From positions 930,001 through 962,000 of the forward strand of contig NZ_CP060715.1 of NCBI RefSeq assembly GCF_014396165.1: a DNA stretch of 32,000 nt, read 5' to 3'. The stretch comes from Erysipelothrix inopinata. Its GTDB lineage: Bacteria > Bacillota_I > Bacilli_A > Erysipelotrichales > Erysipelotrichaceae. The notes below the pieces were generated by a model that was given only the letters and a program-made list of their open reading frames with translations, was not told the DNA's origin and did no database searches. Below, in pieces: positions 16,656-24,166 of this stretch (position 1 is its first letter; the number at the start of each line of letters is the position of its first letter). The position numbers and the translations under genes are program-made.

Positions 16656-19025
16656 ATGAAAAAAAGGGTTCGGATACTCCAATTGTTTTTAGTACTTTCT
16701 TTAATCCTAACGGGATTTCTCGTTACACCAACAAAGGCAGATGATACACGCTTGTTTGCTGGGATAAATCGATTTGAAGAATCGTCGCCAGCAACAATTT
16801 TTCATCGAAATATTCGCTACAAGAAGAATATTGAACCACTCCCAGAAGGGGTTCATCTTGAGTTGGAATATTACAATAAAGATGATGTTATGATACGTAA
16901 AGATGATTACTATACAATAGATAAAGAAGCTAATACGTATAATATTAAATTAACACTGGACTTGTGGACAGATAAAATTACGTATGTAAAAGTATATTCT
17001 GTAGATCCTAGTATTACTGAAGAAATTGAGCTTGGAAACAGTGCCAGTCAGTTAATGCGTATACCGGTCAACTTTCATGCTGAAGGAGGAAAATTTTCCG
17101 ATGGGAACAGTGAAAATCTCACGGTATCTTATCAAGGTGGAAAAGTATATCAAGCAGATATCTATGAAGAGCCTACTCACGAGAAATATGCATTCAGTCA
17201 TTGGGTATATTTAGGGGGACGTTGGGAGGATGAGCAAGTTCATAAGACAGCGATTAACCCCAATAAGGTTCGTGATTTTTATGCGGCGTGGGAAATTCCA
17301 GTTCATTTTGAGACTAATGGTGGCTCGGACATGGCCTCTATCATCGTTGAAGGGCAAAATAATTATATTCCCGAACCTATTGAACCCACTAAAGATGGAT
17401 CAATATTTCAAGGGTGGTATGCAGATAAAGAACTCACTGAAAAGTGGGAATTCTATCTCGATGAAGTTAGAGAAGAACGAACGCTCTATGCTAAATGGAA
17501 AAGTGAAACCTTTGAAGTTAAATTCGAAACAGATGGTGGAAGTCCAGTTGAGGCTCAAACAATAGAAGTTGGGACAAAGATAACTGATCCAGGGAAACCA
17601 ACAAAAGATGGGTATGAGTTTGAAGGGTGGTATCGTGACAATGGCTATCAAACGCAGTGGGATTTCAATAGCGATACTGTTGTTGAAGATACCGTACTTT
17701 ATGCTAAATGGAAACGTATCGATGTCTATTACACGGTAACTTTTGATACTCAACTAAATGAACCCCCAACAACAAAATCAGTCTTAGAGAATACTCCAGT
17801 TGAAAAACCTATTGATCCAACACGTCCAGGATATAAGTTTGATGGATGGTATACTGACACAAAAGGTAAAAACTTATGGAACTTTGAAACCGTTATTACA
17901 GAGGATAAGACTCTATATGCAAAGTGGTCTGTTATTACTCATACGATTGAATTTGAAACGAATGGTGGAAGCAATATCAAAAGCGTAAAAGTTAATGAAG
18001 GTAAACCGGTCAAGGAGCCCAAAGAACCGGTCAAAGATGGATATAAATTTGATGGTTGGTATCAAGATGATTTATTAACTATTTCGTGGGACTTTAGCGC
18101 GCCAATTACAGATTCAATGACACTTTACGCTAAATGGGAAAGAATTACATATGAAGTAGAATTCGTGACTAACGGGGGGAAGGAAATTCAAAGTATACAT
18201 GTTGGTTCAGGAGAAACTTTACTATTACCTGAACCACCGACTCGAGATAATTATGAATTTGAGAATTGGTATAAAGATGAGGAACTTACCGAAATATGGC
18301 TAGATGAACCTGTTTTTAATGATTTAAAACTCTATGCTAAGTGGAATAAAGTAGATGTTTACTACATCGTAACTTTTGACTATCTCTATAATGATTTAAT
18401 TCATACCGAGATTGTCTTAGAAAATACTATTTTAGCGTATCCAGAAGAGCCTGTGAGAGATGGATATACATTTAGTGGATGGACTCTTGATAAAGCCGGA
18501 AATATCCCGTGGGATAATAAGAAACCAGTCAATGACAATGTCACCCTTTATGCAAAATGGGAAAAGGAAGTCGTATATTACACGGTTACCTTCTATCCAG
18601 AGAATGGTGAAACAGTAAAAATTGAAACTGTTGCAGGAGGTACGACAGTTACTAAACCCACGGATCCAGAAAGAAATGGGTATCTTTTTATGGGGTGGTA
18701 TCTTGATGTAGAGAATGAGGCCCTTTGGAATTTTGATGAAAAAGTAAATCAAAATCAGACATTGTTCGCAAAATGGGCATTACAGATTGAGGGAGAAGAG
18801 AAACCAACAGAAGAAAGACCAACAGAAGAAAATCCAATTGCTGAGGATTCATCAGGTGAGATAATAATTCCAGAAAAAATATCAACTGATCAAGACAAAG
18901 AGGGGAAATTACCAACGACTGGTATTGCTAGCTACGGAATTTATGTTGGTATTAGCTATATAACTTTAGGGGTCATTTTAATTGTACTGAGATTTAAAAT
19001 TCGTAAAGTATGGTCACACCGATAG
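16656..19025 (+). CDS. LPXTG-anchored surface protein with Listeria-Bacteroides (Flg_new/InlB B-type) repeats
   Basis: Signal peptide, a unique N-terminal region of about 135 aa, and eight repeats of about 70 aa ending in LYAKW. Then LPTTG, a hydrophobic helix and a basic tail. Confidence 0.85.
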   Translation: MKKRVRILQLFLVLSLILTGFLVTPTKADDTRLFAGINRFEESSPATIFHRNIRYKKNIEPLPEGVHLELEYYNKDDVMIRKDDYYTIDKEANTYNIKLTLDLWTDKITYVKVYSVDPSITEEIELGNSASQLMRIPVNFHAEGGKFSDGNSENLTVSYQGGKVYQADIYEEPTHEKYAFSHWVYLGGRWEDEQVHKTAINPNKVRDFYAAWEIPVHFETNGGSDMASIIVEGQNNYIPEPIEPTKDGSIFQGWYADKELTEKWEFYLDEVREERTLYAKWKSETFEVKFETDGGSPVEAQTIEVGTKITDPGKPTKDGYEFEGWYRDNGYQTQWDFNSDTVVEDTVLYAKWKRIDVYYTVTFDTQLNEPPTTKSVLENTPVEKPIDPTRPGYKFDGWYTDTKGKNLWNFETVITEDKTLYAKWSVITHTIEFETNGGSNIKSVKVNEGKPVKEPKEPVKDGYKFDGWYQDDLLTISWDFSAPITDSMTLYAKWERITYEVEFVTNGGKEIQSIHVGSGETLLLPEPPTRDNYEFENWYKDEELTEIWLDEPVFNDLKLYAKWNKVDVYYIVTFDYLYNDLIHTEIVLENTILAYPEEPVRDGYTFSGWTLDKAGNIPWDNKKPVNDNVTLYAKWEKEVVYYTVTFYPENGETVKIETVAGGTTVTKPTDPERNGYLFMGWYLDVENEALWNFDEKVNQNQTLFAKWALQIEGEEKPTEERPTEENPIAEDSSGEIIIPEKISTDQDKEGKLPTTGIASYGIYVGISYITLGVILIVLRFKIRKVWSHR
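17064..18779 (+). repeat. Eight tandem, diverged coding repeats of about 210 nt (G(Y/W)x(F)xGW...LYAKW modules)
   Basis: Repeat boundaries were read from the translation (…FYAAWE, LYAKWK, LYAKWK, LYAKWS, LYAKWE, LYAKWN, LYAKWE, LFAKWA). Confidence 0.8.
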
Positions 19026-19100
19026 TGTGCATTGACAATTCACAGTACAAGAAGTAGACTATGGGTAACGAGTCAGTGGATTGTTACTGAAGAAGGCAAG

Positions 19101-19136
19101 ACCCAACGTAAGTGTTTTTACGTTCGGGTTTTTTCT
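19101..19136 (+). terminator. Intrinsic terminator downstream of the surface-protein gene
   Basis: ACCCAACGTAA-GTGTTT-TTACGTTCGGGT (one bulged C) followed by TTTTTTC. Confidence 0.7.
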
Positions 19137-19162
19137 TTGGACTCGTGTCTTTCAATGAAGGT

Positions 19163-19190
19163 AAAAAGATCCCAAGGGGTCTTTTTATTT
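19163..19190 (+). terminator. Second, weaker tandem terminator
   Basis: AAGATCCC..GGGGTCTT hairpin followed by TTTTATTT. Confidence 0.45.
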
Positions 19191-19201
19191 AAGCTAAAAT
19201 A

Positions 19202-19230
19202 TTGCGATTTAAAATAAAGCTTGTTATAAT
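19202..19230 (+). promoter_or_regulatory. Sigma-A promoter of the ABC-F leader
   Basis: TTGCGA (19202-19207), a 17-nt spacer, then the extended -10 TGtTATAAT (19222-19230). Confidence 0.55.
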
Positions 19231-19257
19231 GCGTCTTAGTAAGGGAGGTGTTTGACC

Positions 19258-19380
19258 TTGGTTAAATTTGCCGATGAGAAACAACAATATGTTACAAATG
19301 TTCATCACTTTGATGCTTTTTGTCGTGCAATTATTTTTACATCAATTCTTTCAACATGGGATAAGTGTCAAAAAAATTGA
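19258..19380 (+). CDS. Candidate leader peptide uORF (40 codons) upstream of the ABC-F gene
   Basis: A strong SD AAGGGAGG (19241-19248) lies 9 nt before TTG 19258. Translation: MVKFADEKQQYVTNVHHFDAFCRAIIFTSILSTWDKCQKN. It is below the track length cut-off. Confidence 0.35.
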   Translation: MVKFADEKQQYVTNVHHFDAFCRAIIFTSILSTWDKCQKN

Positions 19381-19417
19381 AGGAATCGTAAAAAAACCAA
19401 TGTCAAATTGTATCCCG

Positions 19418-19444
19418 ACCTGGCTTTTACGCTAGGTTTTTTTA
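19418..19444 (+). terminator. Leader terminator (attenuator candidate) immediately upstream of the ABC-F SD
   Basis: ACCTGGC-TTTTAC-GCTAGGT (one G-U) followed by T7. It ends 17 nt before GGAGGA 19461-19466. Confidence 0.6.
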
Positions 19445-19469
19445 TTCCTTCAAGTATATAGGAGGAATT

Positions 19470-21005
19470 ATGAAAATAATAATTAAAGATTTAGTGAAAA
19501 TATATGCTGATGAAGCAGTTCTAGATGAGTTATCAATGGAAATCGTAAAGGGTTCACATTGTGCTATCGTTGGAGAAAATGGTAGTGGTAAGTCTACCTT
19601 GATGAAAATATTAGCAGGAATTGAAAACTACCAATCAGGACACGTTATCATTCCTAAAGAAATGGAAATTGGATATATGGATCAACAATTCTCTCAGTAT
19701 GATAAGGATGCAAGAAGCTACATACTCAAAGATTTTGAAACATACCAGTATCTTTCGAAAAGTCTCAAAGAGATAGAGTTATTAATGTCAGAGAATTATA
19801 CAGAGGAATTGGGTGAGAGATATGCGAAGCTCATGGATCGCTTTAGTGATATAGACGGATACGTATTTGAAAATAAGTTGGAATCTTATGCTAAAGGACT
19901 GGGCGTTTATCCATTTCTTGATCAAGCTTACGACACTTTGAGTGGTGGGCAAAAAACCAGAATAGCACTGGTTAAGTTGCTACTTGAGGATTGTGAAGTA
20001 TTATGCTTGGATGAACCCACCAATCATCTTGACCTAGCTGGTATTGAATGGTTGGAAAGTTATTGTAGAAATTCAAATAAAACGCTAATTATCGTATCGC
20101 ATGACCGAAAGTTTTTACTGAATACCGTCGATGTATTCTATGAAGTGGAAGACGGAATTAGTATTTGCTATCACGGAGATTACCATTCTTACAGAGAACA
20201 AAAGAAACAACGTTTTATTCAACTCGTTGAAGACTATGAGATTCAACAACAAGAAATAAAAAGATTAAGATTGGCTATTAGAAGGTATCGCCAATGGGGA
20301 CATGAATCTGACAACCCTGATTTCTTTAAGCGTGCTAAAGCACTTGAAAAGAGAATTGAGCGTCTTGAAACATTACCGAAACCAGTCGAACTTAAAAATC
20401 AGCTCAACTTTGATTTTAAAACACCATCTAAAAGTAGTAAAAGAATTGTGAGTGGTCATGATTTACTTATCGGTTACGATACGCCACTTACAAACCCTCT
20501 TAATTTTGAAGTGTTATCTCAAGAACATTTCGCAATTTCTGCACATAACGGCAAGGGTAAATCGACACTGATTAAGACAATCACGGGGGATATTGAGCCA
20601 CTAGGTGGTACGCTTAAATGTGGCGAAAGTATTAAATTCGGAATCATTCCGCAAATTATTGAATTTGAGAATGAGTCAGACCGACTTTTAAATTATGTTA
20701 TGAAAACATGCACAATGCAGGAAGAACAAGCACGGAGAACTTTGGTGCAGTTTGGCTTTTATCATGATGTTGTGTATAAACCGCTAACGGTTTTAAGTGG
20801 TGGAGAGCGTGTTCGCTTAAAATTATTGGAGTTGATGTTAATGGAATGCCAGTGCATCATTCTTGATGAACCAACTAATCATCTTGATATCCAAAGTAGT
20901 GAAAAACTCGAAGATGTCTTACAACACTATGGAGGAACAATCATAGTTGTCAGCCATGATCGTTATTTCCTAGAAAATCTTAAAGTTCGAACTTTTGAGT
21001 TATAG
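19470..21005 (+). CDS. ABC-F family ATPase (ribosome-associated/ribosomal-protection-like, no TM domain)
   Basis: Two cassettes. Walker A: GENGSGKST and AHNGKGKST. Signatures: LSGGQKTR and LSGGERVR. Walker B: LCLDEPTNHLD and IILDEPTNHLD. A charged inter-domain linker of about 60 aa. Confidence 0.85.
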   Translation: MKIIIKDLVKIYADEAVLDELSMEIVKGSHCAIVGENGSGKSTLMKILAGIENYQSGHVIIPKEMEIGYMDQQFSQYDKDARSYILKDFETYQYLSKSLKEIELLMSENYTEELGERYAKLMDRFSDIDGYVFENKLESYAKGLGVYPFLDQAYDTLSGGQKTRIALVKLLLEDCEVLCLDEPTNHLDLAGIEWLESYCRNSNKTLIIVSHDRKFLLNTVDVFYEVEDGISICYHGDYHSYREQKKQRFIQLVEDYEIQQQEIKRLRLAIRRYRQWGHESDNPDFFKRAKALEKRIERLETLPKPVELKNQLNFDFKTPSKSSKRIVSGHDLLIGYDTPLTNPLNFEVLSQEHFAISAHNGKGKSTLIKTITGDIEPLGGTLKCGESIKFGIIPQIIEFENESDRLLNYVMKTCTMQEEQARRTLVQFGFYHDVVYKPLTVLSGGERVRLKLLELMLMECQCIILDEPTNHLDIQSSEKLEDVLQHYGGTIIVVSHDRYFLENLKVRTFEL

Positions 21006-21038
21006 AAAAAAAACAATCAGAATTTCTGATTGTTTTTA
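21006..21038. terminator. Bidirectional terminator between the convergent ABC-F and metQ genes
   Basis: AAACAATCAGA-ATT-TCTGATTGTTT, flanked by an A-run on the left and a T-run on the right. Confidence 0.75.
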
Positions 21039-21044
21039 ATGTAA

Positions 21045-21830
21045 CTAGAATGATGGAACGAGTGTTTCACTATTCTTTTCTGTTAGGAACTTACGAACAG
21101 CTTCGCTATTCATTGCTTCCTTTAATTTTTGAATCTTTTCTTCATCTTTATTATCTTCACGAGCAACGAGTGTAATTGCATAGTGACCATCTGATTTTTC
21201 AAGTGCTAAAGCATCTTTGGGTGTTAAACCAACGCTCTTGATGTAAGTAGGGTAGTTAAATACAAGATCCACTTCTTCATATGCTTGATTCAAAGTAAGA
21301 AGTGCTACTTCAACCCATTGGTAGTTATTAGGTTTTAGGTCTTTAAGTGAAGCATCGTGATTTGTTTCTCGGTCAATTTCCACAATACCTTCAGCTCTCA
21401 ATATTTCTAAAGCACGTGCTTGGTTTGGAGCGTCATTAGGAATTGCGATTTTTGCATTGTCAGGAAGATCTTTGAGATCAGAAACTGTTTTTGAGTAAAA
21501 TCCCACTTTCGCGTCATATACAGCTGTAATACCTACAAGGTTAGCGTCGTTACCTTCGTTGTAAACTTGCATGTAAGGAACGTTTTGGAAAAAGTTTGCA
21601 TCAATTTCTTTGTTTTGAAGTGCTGTGTTTGCTGCAGTATTATCAGATACTGGAACAAGTTCAAGCTCATAACCTTCTTTCGCAAGTTCTTCTTTCGCAA
21701 TTTCTACGACGGTTGTCATTGGTTCAACATGTGATGCAACTCTGATTTTTGTATCTGCAGTTGCTTTAGGTGTTGAACATCCTGCTAAAACTAATAATGT
21801 AGTAACTATGATTGCTATTTTTTTCATCAT
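21045..21830 (-). CDS. metQ: Methionine-type ABC transporter lipoprotein (MetQ/NlpA family)
   Basis: Lipobox LLVLAGCS. NlpA-family length and layout. Last gene of an N-I-Q operon. Confidence 0.8.
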   Translation of the reverse strand: MMKKIAIIVTTLLVLAGCSTPKATADTKIRVASHVEPMTTVVEIAKEELAKEGYELELVPVSDNTAANTALQNKEIDANFFQNVPYMQVYNEGNDANLVGITAVYDAKVGFYSKTVSDLKDLPDNAKIAIPNDAPNQARALEILRAEGIVEIDRETNHDASLKDLKPNNYQWVEVALLTLNQAYEEVDLVFNYPTYIKSVGLTPKDALALEKSDGHYAITLVAREDNKDEEKIQKLKEAMNSEAVRKFLTEKNSETLVPSF

Positions 21831-21838
21831 CTTCTCCT

Positions 21839-22510
21839 TTATCGATGGTCAATCTTGCGTGCAATTGTACTTCCAAGAACTTGTACAAGTTGAACTAAGA
21901 TAATCATTAATATAATGGTAAAGTACATGAGAGGGTAATCGTATTTCTGGTAACCATATCGCATGGCAAAATCACCAATACCACCACCACCTACAACTCC
22001 CATTACGGTAGAATAAGAAACAAAACTAATTAAAGATGAGGTGAGTCCAAGAATTAATCCAGAACGTGCTTCTACGAATAAAAAGTAGAAAACAAGTTGA
22101 TAAATATTCGCGCCTAAGGATTGAGCAGTATCTACGATATCTTGGGGAACATCGAGCAGGGCTTGTTCTACAAATCGAGCATAGATTGCGATAGATACAA
22201 CGGCCATAGGTACTGAGGCTGCAGCAGTTCCTAAAGACACGCCCATGAGCCATCGGGTAAACGGAACTAAGAAAACAATAAGGAGTAAAAATGGAAATGA
22301 ACGTACAATGTTGACGTATCCATTCAGTATGACAGAAATAAATTTGTTTTCTAAAGGTCCGTCTTTTCGTGTTAGGTAAATTAGAGTACCCACAGGAAGT
22401 CCGATAAGAATTGCAAAGAGTAAAGAAATACCAAGGAGAAAAAATGTTTCAGAGAACCCCTTCACGATTTCTGCTTGATGTTGACTGATATGCAAGATGA
22501 AATCATTCAT
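21839..22510 (-). CDS. metI: Methionine-type ABC transporter permease
   Basis: 223 aa with 5 TM helices and the EAA loop DIVDTAQSLGANIYQLVFYF. Overlaps metN by 4 nt. Confidence 0.8.
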   Translation of the reverse strand: MNDFILHISQHQAEIVKGFSETFFLLGISLLFAILIGLPVGTLIYLTRKDGPLENKFISVILNGYVNIVRSFPFLLLIVFLVPFTRWLMGVSLGTAAASVPMAVVSIAIYARFVEQALLDVPQDIVDTAQSLGANIYQLVFYFLFVEARSGLILGLTSSLISFVSYSTVMGVVGGGGIGDFAMRYGYQKYDYPLMYFTIILMIILVQLVQVLGSTIARKIDHR

Positions 22511-23241
22511 TGTTCTAAGACCTCCTTAGCCCAATCAGAATAACTCGTACTTGTGGACTTGGGTTTTGTATTATTGACAGATATGACATCAATAAGGTTC
22601 CCTTTTTCTAAAATCGCGACTCGATTACATAAGGCCTTCGCAACACTCAATTCATGTGTCACGATGACAATGGTAGTTTGAAATTCTTGGTTAATTTGTT
22701 TGAGTACTTCAAGAATTTCAAAAGTCGTATGTTGGTCAAGTGCCGATGTTGGTTCATCACAAATTAGAATATCCGGTTTTGTAACTAAAGCACGAGCAAT
22801 CGCAACACGTTGTTTTTCACCGCCACTCAGTTGTCTTGGATACTTATGGGCGTGATCAAACATGTTTACAAACTTTAATGCCGCTTCAACATCCTCTTTA
22901 CTTACTTTGCCTCTTATTTTGAGGGGTAAGGCAACATTATCATAAACAGTCTTGTTCTTTAAAAGATTGATATTTTGGAAGATAACGCCAATAGTTTTGC
23001 GAGTATCTGTTAATTGTTTCTTTGAAAGTGTTCTTAAATTAGTGCCATCAAGTATAATTTGCCCAGAACTTGGAAGTTCAAGAGCATTGAGTAATTTAAG
23101 GGTTGTGCTTTTCCCTGCACCACTCTCGCCAATTATTCCAAATATTTCAGATTTTTCAATATGAAAAGAAATATCCGATAATGCTACTTTTGAATGTTTA
23201 GTATCGTGGTAGGTTTTCGATACATTTTGAAACGTAATCAA
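22507..23241 (-). CDS. metN: Methionine-type ABC transporter ATPase, short form without a C-terminal NIL domain
   Basis: Walker A GESGAGKST, signature LSGGEKQR, Walker B ILICDEPTSALD. TTG start preceded by AGAGGTGA. Only 244 aa. Confidence 0.75.
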   Translation of the reverse strand: MITFQNVSKTYHDTKHSKVALSDISFHIEKSEIFGIIGESGAGKSTTLKLLNALELPSSGQIILDGTNLRTLSKKQLTDTRKTIGVIFQNINLLKNKTVYDNVALPLKIRGKVSKEDVEAALKFVNMFDHAHKYPRQLSGGEKQRVAIARALVTKPDILICDEPTSALDQHTTFEILEVLKQINQEFQTTIVIVTHELSVAKALCNRVAILEKGNLIDVISVNNTKPKSTSTSYSDWAKEVLEQ

Positions 23242-23354
23242 GGGGAATCACCTCTCTTATTCCACGACCATTATAAGCGAACTTTGTTAAAAATGCATGG
23301 TTTATACACAAGTATTTTTATTATCACTAATGAGAAAGATTTATTATTATTGAC

Positions 23355-23368
23355 GATAATTAATTATC
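23355..23368. promoter_or_regulatory. Perfect 14-bp palindrome in the metN/ohr divergent intergenic region
   Basis: GATAATTAATTATC, about 115 nt upstream of the metN start. AGTGATAAT recurs about 38 nt closer to metN on the minus strand. Confidence 0.25.
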
Positions 23369-23643
23369 ACTCGTAAATGAAGACGAATAGCGCTGTATAA
23401 GTGCGTATTATTAAAGTTTGAGTGTCAATTATGGTGTTTGTGAAGGGTTTGAAATTGACGATTTCTCTAAAAAAATGATGAAAATATTATTGTTTAAAAA
23501 AGGATGTAAGGCTATACATTATTAATGAATATTAAACAATTCACTAACTAATAAAATGAAAATAGTGTCAATAATTATTAGATGATTGCATTACTATGTT
23601 AACTAATGAAATCAAGCATAATCATTTCGAATTTTAACGTCTT

Positions 23644-23675
23644 TGATATAATAGTGCCAAGGAAGGTGGCACTAT
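23644..23675 (+). promoter_or_regulatory. Extended -10 promoter plus overlapping 8-bp inverted repeat upstream of ohr
   Basis: TGaTATAAT at 23644-23652. ATAGTGCC (23651-23658) and GGCACTAT (23668-23675) bracket the SD AAGGAAGG. Confidence 0.4.
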
Positions 23676-23677
23676 TT

Positions 23678-24079
23678 ATGGAAAAGAAATATACGACAAC
23701 AGCTGTAAATGATACAAAAATAAGAGATACGACACGAATTGAAGGAGGTATGGAATTGAAAATGACCTCGCCTTTACGTGACACAAGTGGATCAAATCCT
23801 GAACAAACAATTGGAATCGCTTGGGCAACGTGCTTTAACATGACCCTCAAACAAATTCTTAATGCAAAAGGGCTTGATACGGATAGTAAAGTTTCTGTTG
23901 AAGTTAACTTAATGAAGGAAGGTGTCGGCTATTATTTTGAAATGATTGCAACGGTCGCAATTGATGGAATGAGCCTCGAAGATACTGACTATTATGCCGA
24001 TTTAGCACACCACCGTTGCCCAGTTTCTAAACTTATTTCCAGTAATCCACATGTTCATGTGAAAAGTGAAACATATTAG
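23678..24079 (+). CDS. Ohr/OsmC-family organic hydroperoxide reductase
   Basis: NPEQTIGIAWATCF (peroxidatic Cys context) and AHHRCPVSK (resolving Cys). The SD precedes ATG 23678, and the track start 23606 lacks an SD. Confidence 0.8.
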   Translation: MEKKYTTTAVNDTKIRDTTRIEGGMELKMTSPLRDTSGSNPEQTIGIAWATCFNMTLKQILNAKGLDTDSKVSVEVNLMKEGVGYYFEMIATVAIDGMSLEDTDYYADLAHHRCPVSKLISSNPHVHVKSETY

Positions 24080-24087
24080 TTTATGTG

Positions 24088-24112
24088 AAGAGGGGTCAAA
24101 CCTTCTTTTTTT
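24088..24112 (+). terminator. Weak intrinsic terminator after ohr
   Basis: AAGAGGG-GTCAAA-CCTTCTT (one G-U) followed by a T-run. Confidence 0.45.
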
Positions 24113-24166
24113 GTGGAATTCAGTGGCTTTCCTTGATAGACTATTCCATGTGAGGTGTTAAGAATT

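Noticed and set aside
19032-19217. 61-aa ORF between the surface-protein gene and the ABC-F leader.
   Set aside because: It has no SD, reads through two intrinsic terminators, and starts at the TTG of a promoter-like TTGACA.
19274-19435. Alternative 53-codon ORF in the ABC-F leader (MRNNNMLQMFITLMLFVVQLFL...) that ends inside the terminator stem.
   Set aside because: It would be attractive for translation-coupled antitermination, but no SD precedes ATG 19274. The strong SD at 19241-19248 serves the other frame. It is kept only as a note.
23242-23480. Possible S-box/T-box leader for metN. AAGAGAGGTG resembles the start of an S-box.
   Set aside because: That string is simply the SD, 6 nt before the TTG start. 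No GGGA/GCCC/AGATGAG S-box core and no T-box GGTGGTACCGCG motif is present on the minus strand.
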